This document shows, in pieces, positions 1-13,356 of a stretch of DNA of 64,000 nt (position 1 is its first letter; each line of letters begins with the position of its first letter). A model generated the notes under the pieces. The model was not told the DNA's origin. It worked only from the letters and a program-made list of their open reading frames with translations, and did no database searches. Origin of the DNA: Eledone cirrhosa (Eukaryota); assembly GCA_964016885.1 (NCBI GenBank), contig OZ024743.1, positions 48,546,001 through 48,610,000 on the forward strand, given 5' to 3'. Both the position numbers and the translations under genes were made by a program.

Positions 1-248
1 TTTACTTTATTGCAGAACGATCGCCACCGATGAATGTGAAAAAGTTCTCCAGGAAAGTTAATCAGGAATCTTTAAAAATCTCCCCACCAAAGTTAACAAA
101 GAACTTACTAGATGTACAAAATCAAATTGTCAAATCATAATATTATAAAATTAAATCAAATTGTTTAGAACTACAAGTGAAGTCATTATTTTCATTTTTT
201 TAAATATACCTAACTGTACCAAGGATTTCACATATTTTCCAATATAAT

Positions 249-1132
249 GAAAAAGTTCAGAGAGCTTATACCACTATTAGCTGCTAAAGGGTTCTCCCTA
301 AAAATGAAAGGCAGGTTGTACGATGCCTGCATACGAACAGCAATGCTGCATGGCAGTGAGACCTGGGCGTTGTGTGCAGAGGATATACGCAGACTAGAGA
401 GGAATGAAGCTTGCATGCTCCGCTGGATGTGTAACAGTAATATACGTGAACGGCAAAGCATAAACGAACTAAGGAAAAAATTAGAGATAAGAGGGATCAG
501 ATGTTGTTTACTCGAGAGAAGGCTACGTTGGTATGGACACGTGATGCGCATGAAAGTCGATAGCTGTATAACAAAGTGCATGGCAATAAAGATAGACGGT
601 AGTCACGGAATAGGCAGACCTAGAAAAACCTGGGACGAGCTGATAAACTCCGACATCACACACTTACACCTCTCCAAGACAATGTCACTGGACCGAGACC
701 TTTGGCGGTACTCAGTAACAGAGAAGACCCGCCTTACCTAAATATATAGTAAAACCTACTCCAGCCAGTAGGCATCTCTAACAAAATACACTCCGTCCCA
801 CCACCCCCACCCCCACCCCATCCACACCACCCCGTTCTATGTAAAGTTATGTTGGTGCCGCGCCATCCAGGCCGAAACAAATGAGATCGTGTAGGTGTCA
901 CGACAAAAAACACACAGTCCACGCTGTAATGTGGCCGTGTAGGCAACACGGTAAAAACCTCCCAGACCCACACTGTAAATGTGGTTGGTGTTAGGAAGGG
1001 CATCCAACTGTAGAAAACCTGCCAGACAGTCCTATGCGAGCAAGACAATCACTCTTGCCTCAAGTGGGACTACCCCCGTCCAAACCCATGCAAGCGTGGA
1101 ACACGGACGTTAAACGTTGATGATGATGATGA
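249..1132 (+). mobile_element. RTE-clade LINE, 5'-truncated 3' fragment (RT C-terminus, 3' UTR, (TGA)n tail)
   Basis: ORF with MLHGSETW, RRLRWYGHVMRM and GRPRKTW motifs, ending in tgatgatgat. Confidence 0.92.
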
Positions 1133-1481
1133 ATGGCTGCAAGCTTGTGTTCGAGCATTGCCATCGCCCGATAAAATGCTAAAAAATGGGAGGCATGAAT
1201 GTGGCTCTTTAAGCCAGCCGAAGACTTGCACCCGCTGGTACCTGTAGGCTCTTCTGGGACTTTCCATTGCTTTGTTCTGGCTGTGTGTTCTTATGTTTGC
1301 CACATTCCTTACATCTTTTCAGATCATAATCTACATGAGGTCTACTGATATGACTTTGTTTGTGTCAAATCAAACCAGCTTTGCTCAGGCAGACTCGATC
1401 ACAGTGCTGGCAAACTAGATGATGCCAATTCCATTTTTTCTCTATAATCTCTGTTTTGTATAGAACCTCACTCCCTTTTAA

Positions 1482-1953
1482 AATATATATATATATATGA
1501 TATATATATATGATATAGATATATATGATATATATATATATGATTGATATATATATGATTGATATATATATATATATGATATATATATATATATGATATA
1601 TATGATATATATATATGATATATATATATATGATATATATATATGATATATATATATATATATATATATATGATATATATATATATGATATATATATATA
1701 TATATGATATATATATATATATATATGATACATATATATATATCATATATATATATATATATATCATATATATATATATGATCATCATCATCATCATCAT
1801 CATGATATATATATATATATATATATGATATATATATATCATATATATATATCATATATATATCATATATCATATATATATATGATATATATATATCATA
1901 TATATATATATATATATCATATATATGATATATATATATATATGATATATATA
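1482..1953. repeat. Compound (TA)n microsatellite with TGA/TCA interruptions and a (CAT)n island
   Basis: Directly visible. Confidence 0.95.
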
Positions 1954-3566
1954 TCATCATCATCATCATCATTGTTTAACGTCCATGTTCCACGCTTGCA
2001 TGGGTTTGGACAGGAGTTTTCCCACTTGAGGCAAGAGTGGTTGTCTTGCTCGCATAGGACTGTCTGGCGGGTTTTCTACAGCTGGATGCCCTTCCTAACA
2101 CCAACCACATTTACAGTGTGGGGCTGGGAGGTTTTTACCGTGTTGCCTACACGGCCACATTACAGCGTGGACTGTGTGTTTTTTTGTCGTGACACCTACA
2201 CGATCTCATTTGTTTCGGCCTGGATGTTGTGGCACTAACATGACTTTACATTGAAAGGGGCGGTGTGGATGGGACGGGGGTGGGGGGACGGGGGTGTGTT
2301 TTGTTAGAGATGCCTACTGACTGTAGTAGGTTTTACTTTGTATTTAGGTAAGGCGGGTCTTCTCTATTACTGAGTACCACCAAAGATCTCGGTCCAGTGA
2401 CATTGTCTTGGAGAGGTGTAAGTGTGTGAGGTCGGAATTTATCAGGTCGTCCTATGTTTTTCTGGGTCTGCCTACTCCGTGGCTACCGTCTATCTTTATT
2501 GCCCTGCACTTCTTTATACAGCTGTCGTCTTTCATGCGCATCATGTGACCATACCAACGTAGCCTTCTCTCGACTAAACAACATCTGATCCCTCTTATTT
2601 CTAATTTTTCCCTTCATTCGTTTATGCTTTGCAGTTCACGTATATTACTATTACACATCCAGCGGAGCATGCAAGCTTCGTTCCTCTCTAGTCTGCGTAT
2701 ATCCTCTGCACACAATGCCCAGGTCTCACTGCCATGCAACATTGCTGTTCGTATGCAGGCATCATACAGCCTGCCTTTCATTTTTAGGGAGAACCCTTTA
2801 GCGGCTAATAGTGGTATAAGCTCTCTGAACTTTTTCCATCCAGTTCTGACTCTAGCTACTGTACTTTCAGAGCACCCTCCCCCACAGCTGATTTTGTCAC
2901 CCAGGTAACGGAAGCTGTCCGCTATTTCTATAGAACCCTCTGCGCAATTGAAAGAGCTAGTATTTTGTGGGCACTTGCTGCTACTTATTGCACCAGAGCA
3001 CCGGCCACATGTAAAATCTATGTTCTTAGTTAGCTTACCTGTGATCCCACTACATCTTTTATGCACCCATACTTTGCATTTGGGACATAAAATGGAGTTT
3101 CTACCTACGCCTTTCCTACACACTGAGCATGGCCATTTCCCGGAAGGGACCGCCGCCTTATTTTCTTTCCTACAAACTAGAACTTTAGTCTTAGCCAGGT
3201 TAATTTTAAGGCCTTTTGATTCTAGGCCGTGCTTCCATGTTTGGAATTTCTTCTCTAGCTCGGCCATTGATTCAGCTATGAGCATTAGATCATCTGCGTA
3301 TAGGAGTTCCCATGGGCAGCCGGTCTTGAACTCCACTGTTATAGCCTGTAGGGCAATAATAAATAGTAGGGGGCTAAGAACAGAGCCCTGATGAACACCA
3401 ACTTTTACGCTAAACTCTTCACTATATTTGTTGTTAATTCTAACCTTGCTGACTGTTTCTTTATACATGGCTTGTATAGCTCTCACAAGCCATTCGTCGA
3501 CACCTAGTTTTCTAAGAGCCCACCAGATAATGGAGCGGGGGACTCTGTCGAAGGCTTTCTCCAAGT
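1954..3566 (-). mobile_element. RTE LINE 3' portion (RT domain to tail) with nonsense mutations
   Basis: LEKAFDRVPR, GVHQGSVLSPLLF, LLYADD, a Cys-rich insert (CSVC...CPKC..WVHKRC) and FRYLG. The (TCA)n tail lies at the left end. Confidence 0.95.
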
Positions 3567-3584
3567 GTTGAACGCTTTCTCCAA

Positions 3585-3864
3585 TATATATATATGATAT
3601 ATATATGATATATATATGATATATATATATGATATATATATATATGATATATATATATATATATATATATGATATATATATCATTTCATTTTACGTCCGC
3701 ATTTTCCCTGCTTGCAAGGGTCGGACAGTAACTGATTTTGGCTTGATATATATATATATATATATCATATATATATATATATATATGATATATATTATAT
3801 ATATATATGATATATATTATATATATGATATATATATATATCTATATGATATATATATATATAT
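3585..3864. repeat. (TA)n/TGA microsatellite with an embedded ~65-nt retroposon tail fragment (3681-3748)
   Basis: Directly visible. The insert is a diverged reverse complement of 6105-6171. Confidence 0.9.
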
Positions 3865-3868
3865 GTTG

Positions 3869-4745
3869 TCAAGCATGTTCTACAACGCGAGGACCAAAAA
3901 CGTGAGGTGTTCAGGATTGCTAGGCAATGTGTCAAGGAAAACCGTGATATTGTTGGGGAGAAGTGTGTACTAAATGATGATGGCGTACTCGCCATCACTG
4001 ACGCTGATAAGAGGGTCGTTTGGAAGTGTCACTACGAGAGGCTACTAAATGAGGAGAATAAATGGGAAAAGGATAGTCTCCCCCACATCGATCCAATAGA
4101 GGGACCAGCAGTGTTAGTTGAAGGTAGTATAATAAGTAAGGCAATCAAAGATATGAAGACTGGTAAGGCGGCTGGGCCTTCGGAAATAGTTGCTGATATG
4201 CTGAAGGCCTCTGGAACGGTAGGACACACCATGGTCACCCGGATAGTAAACCAAGTCATACAGAATGGGGTTGTTCCGAAGGACTGGCGTAGCAGCATTA
4301 TCATTAACTGTTACAAGGGTAAAGGAGACGCCCTAGATAGGAGTAACTATAGAGGCATTAAATTAATCGACCAGGTCATGAAGGTCACGGAAAAAGTAAT
4401 AGCGCAACTAATCAGAGAGAGAATTGATCTAGATGAAATGCAGTTCGGGTTTGTATCAGGCAAAAGTACCACAGACGCTCTTTTCATTGTACGACAACTA
4501 CAGAAGTACCTAGCTAAAAGTAAACACCTATACTTAGCCTTTGTCGACTTGGAGAAAGCCTTCGACAGAGTCCCCCGTTCCATTATCTGGTGGGCTCTTA
4601 GAAAACTAGGTGTTGACGAATGGCTTGTGAGAGCTATACAAGCCATGTATAAAGAAACAGTCAGCAAGGTTAGAATTAACAACGAATATAGTGAAGAGTT
4701 TAGCGTAAAAGTTGGTGTCCATCAGGGCTCTGTTCTTAGCCCCCT
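3869..4745 (+). mobile_element. RTE LINE internal fragment (RT N-terminal half), inverted relative to its neighbours
   Basis: KTGKAAGPSEI, YKGKGD...NYRGIKL, QFGF..GKSTTDA, FVDLEKAFDRVPR, QGSVLSP. Confidence 0.95.
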
Positions 4746-5933
4746 GCTGCCTTACCCGTCTTCATGTCTTTGATTGCCTTACTTATTATACTACCTTCAA
4801 CTAGCACTGCTGGTCCCTCTATTGGATCGATGTGGGGGAGACTGTTTTTCTCCCATTTATTTTCCTCATTTAGTAGCCTTTCGTAGTGACACTTCCAAGC
4901 TACCTTCTTATCAGCGTCAGTGATGGCAAGTACACCATCATCATTAAGGACACACTTATCCCCGACAATATCACAGTTTTCCTTGACACATTGCCTAGCA
5001 ATCCTGAACACTTCACGTTTTTGGTCCTCGCGTTGTAGAACATGCTTGAACATTCTTTCCTCTGCTTCCCTTCTTGCGAAGTACACTTGTCTCCTAGCTT
5101 CCCTCCTGGCCACTTGATAGTCTTCTCTACTCCCCATCCCAGCATACTTTCCAAGCCTGCTTTTTGGCCTTGATTGTCTCTTCCACCTTACTGTTCCACC
5201 ACCAAGTTACTCTCCTCCTGCCAATAGGTCTGCTCCAGCCACAGATTTCATCCATTGCTTCAGCAGGTTCACTTTCAAGAATTGCCACTGTTCCTCTATA
5301 TTGCACGTCTCTAATTGCTCTTCCTTATTGTCACTGGCTATGGGGTCCTTCAACTTCCATATTCTTCTCCTCAAGGTAGGCCTCCTCTGTCGTCGAGTAC
5401 GTCTATTCATGACTATGATGTCACACACTACTAGGCTATGTTGGGAGGTGCATTCTTCACGGGAGAGGGATTTAGTGTTTACAACAGACATTTTGTCCCG
5501 TCTTCTAGTAAGGATTTAATCTATCTGACTGGCGTGTTCCCCTGATCTATAGGTGATCAAGTGGTTTTCACGTTTTTTGAAGTTTGTGTTACAGATAGGT
5601 TATTTGCCTCACAGCATTCCAGGATTCTGAAGCCCTCCTCATTTCTATTTCCAACCCCATAGCCTCCATGGATTCCATCATAGCCATCACTATGTTGTCC
5701 AACGTGACTGTTTAGATCGCCAGCAATAATTAAGTAGTTGCTGTCGGTTATTTGGGAGGTAGCGCGCATTAGCATCTCATAGAACCTGTCCTTTATAACA
5801 TCAGGTAGACCAGATTGGGGTGCATAAGCAGATATTATTGTCACAGTAGTTCTATTTAGAACTAGTCTTAATTCAATTATTCTGTCATTCACTCTATTTA
5901 CGTCGATTACCTTATCTACCCATTTTTGAGCAG
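4741..5933 (-). mobile_element. RTE LINE fragment: APE endonuclease and linker, frameshifted
   Basis: IISAYAPQSG, IIAGDLNSHVG, YGVGNRNEEGFRILE and SQHSLVVCD motifs, spread over several frames. Confidence 0.92.
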
Positions 5934-6181
5934 GACACTTTATTTCACATTGTACCAGTTTAATCAGCTGTAGAAAATGAGGTGATAGGGACTGGGGTTC
6001 ATATCATTCCACTGCAAAGTGGTCGTGGAGGTGCCACGGCAAAAAAGCACCCAGCACTCACTGTAAATGAGGTTGGTGTTAGGAAGGGCATCCAGCTGTA
6101 GAAATCAAGCCAGAATCAGTTCCCGTCCCACCCTTGCAAGCAGGGAAAAAGCGGACGTAAAATGAAATGATGATGATGATG
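5924..6181 (+). mobile_element. 5'-truncated SINE-like element with an RTE-type 3' tail
   Basis: SINE core ttgagcaggacactttatttcac, then ggttggtgttaggaagggcatccagctgtagaaa and a (TGA)n tail shared with the RTE copies. Confidence 0.65.
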
Positions 6182-6525
6182 AGTACATGTCACTAAGCCA
6201 CGAAGATGGAAATCTTGTCAGACTGGACGGTGGAATACTAAATCAAGTTTATGATTTTCTATATTTGAACAGCTGGATGAGTTCATGAAAATGGTCACTG
6301 ACATTAGGATTTCCAAAGTCTGGGCTGCAATGAACAAAATGGAAAGGATATGGAAGTCTGATCTACCCAGAAAAATAGAAATATCATTCTTTAAAGCATC
6401 TGTTGAGTCAGTGTTGTGTGGATCAGGTGATACATGGACTCTGAGAAGAAACTAAATGTTGCATAACATGCAATGTTTAGGGTTGTATAAAACATAAACT
6501 GGCATCAACATATTACAAATGAAAG
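6182..6525 (+). mobile_element. Old degenerate LINE (RTE/RTEX-like) RT C-terminal fragment
   Basis: Manual translation: LNQVYDFLYL.SW ... AAMNKMERIWKSDLPRKIEISFFKASVESVLCGS..TWTL. Confidence 0.7.
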
Positions 6526-7729
6526 GTAAAGCCCAATACAGTTTGGCACCAGTGAAGTTGCAACTCATTTCTACAGCTGAGTGAACTAGAACAACATGAA
6601 ATAAAGTATCTTGCTGAAGGACACAATGCACTGCTCAGTCCAGGAATCATCAAACTCATAACTTCTTGATTGTGAATCTGACTCTTTAACCACTATGCCA
6701 CTATACATACATACATAGAGAGAGAAAGAGAGATTTCGACCTCCCTTGCACCGTCTATTTTAGTTTCTTTATCTCTGAAATATCTTCTTCAAAATGTCAA
6801 ATTTCTAGCTCTATAAACAAGCTTATACATAACTTAGATCATATATTTATTACTATTTCAATTTTTGTGCAACATCTTCAAATTACTTCCTGGATGACTG
6901 CAGAAAATATGTAAGTTTATTTTTACACACACACACACACACTTTGGTACTTGATGGCTGACTGTTGGCTATTAAAGTCAATGAACAAAATAAATTGGTT
7001 GATTCTATTGAATATGGTCTATTTTATTTGAAACAAAACAAAAACAAAAAGAAACCCACTTCTTCATAAACTTCTAGTATCTGCTGGCTGTCAAGAACCA
7101 ATTGAGTGTGTCTGTGTTTATTTACATATAATAAATCACATGAATGCATATTAAACAATCCAAAAGTATTACTGTTAGAGGAGTGCTGGCCCTGTTAATA
7201 GCGGTGGTGGTGGATGCAATAACAGCAGCAGCAACCTTATGTAGCAGTTATTGCTATTCAAGAAATGATTTTCTAAAAATAGATTAAAGTTAGGAATGTT
7301 TTTTTTTTGTTGTTGTTAACTTTCACTTACCTTCTCTTTTTGACTGCCGTGTAAAGGCATTGGATCAAATGCCTAGGTATTTTTTCTGGCTCACTGAGCT
7401 CTGAGTTCAAATCCCACTGAAGTCTACTTTGCTTTTCATCCTTTGGTGTTGATAAAAAAAAAGTATCAATGAATGATGGATTGGCAGAATTCTTAATGAA
7501 TTGGTATCTGATCGAGTTATGTGTATTCTGAGTTGAAACATTGTTTATTTGGTCTGATCTGATGATCAGTTCCTTTCTTTTTTACACACTCAGCAAAGTA
7601 TGCATACTTCATTTCTTTTTAGCCATCATAAATCTTCTTCAGGGCCGATGTCTCACTGTCATAACAGTTTGAAGATATCTTATAATCTGCCCTTCACTCA
7701 GAGAAGGTAGTCTTTTGTTGCTAACAGAG

Positions 7730-8103
7730 GTAACAGCTTCCTGAACTTCTTCCATCCTTTTCTCACTCTGGATACAACACATCTATTTCCAATGTAAATG
7801 AGGTCCCCTAGATAACAAAAGTTATCAAAAGTTATCTTCTATTTCTAGTGAACCTTCTGAGTTTTTGGTGGAGTTCATTTTCCAAGTCCCCTTCCTGTTG
7901 ACTGTGCACCTAACATATCTGATATCTACCTTCTTTGGCACCCAACCTGTAATGCTGCTACATCTTGTATGCCCATTCTATATGGACTTTCTACCAACTC
8001 CTTTTCAGTATATTGAGCATAGCCATTTATTTGATGAAATCAGAGTACTATCTTCTTTCTTACTTATAGTCTTTGCTAGATTTACTTTGAAGACGTTTGA
8101 TTC
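7730..8103 (-). mobile_element. Old RTE LINE fragment
   Basis: Degenerate homology to 2820-3220 (KVNLAKT, GVGRKS, GSLEI..FCYLG, RVRKGWKKFR). Confidence 0.75.
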
Positions 8104-8143
8104 AGTGGGTGGGGTGGGGTTACATATCTATCTTGTTTTTTCA

Positions 8144-8363
8144 CCCTTTAGCATTTAAATTGGCCATATCCGGCCAGAATTCTCTCACCTCTTTGTGTTC
8201 AAACCGACTGTAACCGGCTACTCATACTGACGCTAAGGTATTGTTCTCAAAATAAATAATATCAAATTCTCATAGATTCAATATTATGTGAGATAAATCC
8301 TTTTCCGTGAAAATACAATAGTAAATATAATAGTATATATAGAGTGATGTAAATGCTAAAGGG
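8144..8363. mobile_element. piggyBac-like MITE family 1, copy 1 (orientation A)
   Basis: TIRs CCCTTTAGCATTTA / TAAATGCTAAAGGG with TTAA on the right. Six homologous copies in the window. Confidence 0.8.
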
Positions 8364-9254
8364 TTAAACATCTTCCTCTTACTTTACCTCCTCACCATTT
8401 TATTTATTTTTCAATTTTATTGGGATGCAGCCCCTATAGCTTGTAATACCTTTTTATTACTGTTTTTATTGTTTTCTTTATCCCTGTCTTAATCTTTTTA
8501 TTTGTTTTGTTTGTTTGATTTTTTTGGGGTGGAATGGAGCTGAAAGTTTTTAATTTTTGTGTTTTATTTCTTTACTTTAAATTTCATACTGTTGGAAGTT
8601 TAGTTCCTACCCTCCTGTTTATGTAAAATTGAAAACAAAGTAGATGAGGTTTGGGTGTCTGATTTATCATTTTACGTCTGTTTTTTCTATTTTGGCATAA
8701 AAATATATAAGAAAAACAGACATCAAATGACTCACACACACATATGCATCCATACAAATATATATGTGTGCATGCACACACAGACACACACAAACTTTCA
8801 CATGTAAAAATTGTGAAGGTATTTCCAACTGTGGTGTTACTGAAAGGTTCATAATATCCATTATTTTTATGGGTTTTTTTTGTGTGTGAAACAGGGAACA
8901 TCAATCTTTTATTTCTTTTCCAAACTTCAAAGTAGACAAATTTAATTAATTACAACATAATGTGTAAATTTACACATTTAGAATTAATATTTCCAACCCA
9001 TTTGACCTGAATCTGATGGGGGTTTAAATGTTGCGCCCCCCGCACGCACACACACACAGAATGAGTGTGCGTGCACGAGTGCTTATAATTTGAAATAGAA
9101 GCAGGTATATTAACTCTTTCATTACCATATTTCTTGGGAACGTCACTGCCTATGATTTTGAAAATAATCTAGAATTTAGAAGGATATAGATGAATATAAA
9201 CACTTTAAAACAATCTATTTTGTTGAACTATACAAACAGTAAACAGAAATAACT

Positions 9255-9308
<54 letters not shown>

Positions 9309-9454
9309 GGTCCTGTAACTCCTGATAGTTGTAGGGGCACCGCATTGACAGACAGCATTCCTTGGGTATTTTGTGGCTGGCAGAGCCTATCCCTCTAAAT
9401 ACATATAGATACATATGAAACAAGCTTCTGTCAACAAAATTTCACTCGCGAGAA

Positions 9455-9590
9455 GGCGCATGGCTTAGTGCTTAGAGCTTGCAATCGAAAGGTTGTGAGT
9501 TCAATTCTCGGACCGGGTGATGTGTTGTTTCTTTGAGCAAGGCACTTTATTTCACGTTGCTCCAGTTTACTCAACTGTAGAAATTAGATG
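9455..9590 (+). mobile_element. tRNA-derived SINE (head and core)
   Basis: A-box tggcttagtg, B-box gagttcaattc, core ttgagcaaggcactttatttcacgttgctccag. Confidence 0.75.
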
Positions 9591-10111
9591 CTTTTGACTG
9601 GGGCCCTTATCATTAAATTACCCAAGACACCTCCAATGAGATATACCTTGGAGGAGGCCAGCTAAACCTGCATAGGTGTGAGCTGTCACACACACACTCA
9701 CACACATAGGTGTGAGCTGTCATACACACACTCACACATAGGTGTGAGCTGTCACACACACACACAATGGTCTTAGTAAAGCCACAGTCTGAACATGAAA
9801 CATAATTGTGCAGCAAAATGCATTTAGTAAACATGGTTTTAACTTTGCTGTGTGAATAGACCTTGTGGTTAAATGAAAGGACTCCCTCAGCAGGGTAGAC
9901 CTGAATACAGTGTGTTCAGTTTCTTTTTCTAGTTTATATATATACACACACATACCCCACAGCTCACTCGTGTATACATAGTAATGGGTGTAAAGCACTA
10001 TACATGTAAATATGTACAAGACAGATAGAAGCATATAAATAAATGCATATATGCATTACAATAACGTATAGCTACTTACAAAAAAAAAAACCGAAAACCT
10101 CCACCCTATTT

Positions 10112-10145
<34 letters not shown>

Positions 10146-10149
<4 letters not shown>

Positions 10150-10961
10150 CTCGAGAGAAGGCTACGTTGGTATGGTCACGTGATGCGCATGAAGGACGAT
10201 AGCTGTATAACAAAGTGCAGGGCAATAAAGATAGACTAGAGAGGAACGAAGCTTGCATGCTCCGCTGGATGTGTAATAGTAATATACGTGAACTGCAAAG
10301 CATAAACGAATGAAGGGAAAAATTAGAAATAAGAGGGATCAGATGTTGTTTAGTCGAGAGAAGGCTACGTTGGTATGGTCACATGATGCGCATGAAAGAC
10401 GACAGCTGTATAAAGAAGTGCAGGGCAATAAAGATAGACGGTAGCCACGGAGTAGGCAGACCCAGAAAAACATGGGACGACCTGATAAATTCCGACCTCA
10501 CACACTTACACCTCTCCAAGACAATGTCACTGGACCGAGATCTTTGGTGGTACTCAGTAATAGAGAAGACCCGCCTTACCTAAATACAAAGTAAAACCTA
10601 CTACAGTCAGTAGGCATCTCTAACAAAACACCCCCCACCCACCCACCCCATCCACACCGCCCCTTTCAATGTAAAGTTATGTTGGTGCCACAACATCCAG
10701 GCCGAAACAAATGAGATCGTGTAGGTGTCACGACAAAAAAAACATACAGTCCACACTGTAATGTGGCCGTGTAGGCAACACGGTAAAAACCTCCCAGCCC
10801 CACACTGTAAATGTGGTTGGTGTTAGGAAGGGCATCCAGCTGTAGAAAACCCGCCAGACAGTCCTATGCGAGCAAGATAATCACTCTTGCCTCAAGTGGG
10901 AAAACCCCCGTCCAAACCCATGCAAGCGTGGAACATGAACGTTGATGATGATGATGATGAT
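10146..10961 (+). mobile_element. RTE LINE 3' fragment with an internal rearrangement, flanked by (TA)n
   Basis: Homologous to 390-1132. The segment 10146-10235 recurs at 10349-10439. (TGA)n tail. Confidence 0.92.
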
Positions 10962-10988
10962 ATATATATATATATATTTGTGTGTGTG

Positions 10989-11096
<108 letters not shown>

Positions 11097-11520
11097 ACAA
11101 AGAAAGTGTTGTAAGATACCAGGTGGACCATAACACCAGAGTACTTAGGGTAGTAGAGTGGGTAATAGGAAAAGAGTCAGGACCTCGACAACTGAGTTCC
11201 GACCGTTTCAACACACACACAAACAAGTTAAACAGTGATATCTATAATACACACACACAATTTAAAAAAATTCTAAAACACTACACCTGGCTCAAAGTAT
11301 TCTGTTTATAAGATATGATATTAATAAACCCCCGCCTTTCCTTCCCATATTATTCCTTCCCCTTCCTTGGTCTCCAACTCACATGTTGAATAAATTAAGT
11401 TTATTTAGTCTTCAACTTTATATCATTTTCTTTATTATTCTTCTGGCTGAAACTAATATCTTTTGACATACTTCCACCTATTTCTTTTTGATAAGCTTTA
11501 AATTTTTTTTTATTATATTT

Positions 11521-11708
11521 CACACACACACACACACACATGCTCGCTCTCTCTCTCTCACACACACACACCCTCACACACTCACACACTCTCTCACACA
11601 CACACATGCTCTCTCTCTCACACACACACGCTCTCACACATACACACGCTCTCACACATACACACGCACATACATACACACACTCATACATACACTCACA
11701 CATACACA
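11521..11708. repeat. Compound (CA)n/(CT)n microsatellite
   Basis: Directly visible. Confidence 0.9.
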
Positions 11709-12382
11709 GATGCACTTGTGGGTGTTTATATTTATATTCCTGTTTTGTTCCTTCTCGTGTAGAATTTCTACAAAAGATAATATTTATTGAAAAGAAAAAT
11801 ATTCAGTAAATATTTCCTCAACCTTATATTCTGTTTTATCTTCTTTCAGTTGTGTATTAGATTTACACTGAATGCAGTTATTTCAATAACTTGCCTGCAG
11901 TCTTGTTTACCATATTAGGGAAAGTAGTCCTCTATTGAATAAATACTGCTCTGAGAGAGTGTGTGTAAGAGAGATAGATATACAGAGTAATAGAGAGATT
12001 CACATTAAAAATGAAACTTAGATGTCTTAGAAGAAACTGAATGAACCACTCCTGTCTTTTACTATATATTAGCTTTGCAAACTATATTACATCCTAAGTA
12101 TTACAATAGACTTTCAGGAGGTCGTGTTGGAAGTTGTAACCCTCAAATATTTCTCGTGATGCTAGTGTTTCTTTTTTTTCTTCTTTTTTTATTTTTTATT
12201 TTTTATTTTTTATTTTTTATTTTTTATTTTTGTATATTTCTGTGTTTTTCATGCAATTTAGATAGCATATCTTAAACATAAAAATAGCTTAACACCAACC
12301 AACCATTTTTACTGTGGTGTGAGTGAAATACTATGTAATGAAATATGAGTGGAAATAATCTGCCATTGTTGTAATGCTAGAG

Positions 12383-12577
<195 letters not shown>

Positions 12578-13356
12578 TAATTCCTATCGAATGGTTCTTA
12601 AAGTAGAATTTTATTTTATCCTGTGAACTAAATATATAATTAAGTTAAATTTATATTTTTTTATGTTACTATATTTGGAACATTTTTCTTTCTAGACTTG
12701 CTTTGTCACAGACAATTTGTGGTGGAATTTTGACATTTCATTTCAAATAAACTTGTATGCAAAACATGTTTTCAGTCATCACTGAACTATAATATTCCTA
12801 TTACTACTACTAGTCACTACTATTGCTGCTGCTACCATCATTTCCATCCCCATTACCGCCATCACTACTCACTATTACTGCTGCTTCAAAAGTGATGTAT
12901 GTTGCAAATGCGTAAGTAAACTGCTAGTTACTAGCAGAATCTGTCCTTCTCTATGTGATAGAGGAAAACTACCTATACAGGATCATCATTGCCAACAATT
13001 AGATATAGAAATAAATTGCTGCCAGCCATTCATAGAGTACAAATTACCTCCAGCACATGGTTAGAGCATCTTCTCAACTAGGCCATTAGAGAATCTGAAG
13101 GAGGTAGGGAGGTTGTGTGTGAGAGAGAAAGAGAGAGACAGTCAAGAAAAGAATAAATTAAGACGGCCACCGGTACAGTAATACATACACACTGACACAT
13201 TGCCTGGCAATCATTGATAATGAAATGAGAATGAACTGTACGTCATTCATATATTGATCAGTTGGTTTATAATAGACCTTCCCTAGCTTTGTCAACACAT
13301 ACATATATGATTTATGGAAGCGACACTTTCTATTTATCTAGTTATTCTCTAAGGAA

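Noticed and set aside
1365-2238. Ile/Tyr-rich ORFs (likewise poly-SL, ER, HT and CV ORFs elsewhere)
   Set aside because: Translations of microsatellites.
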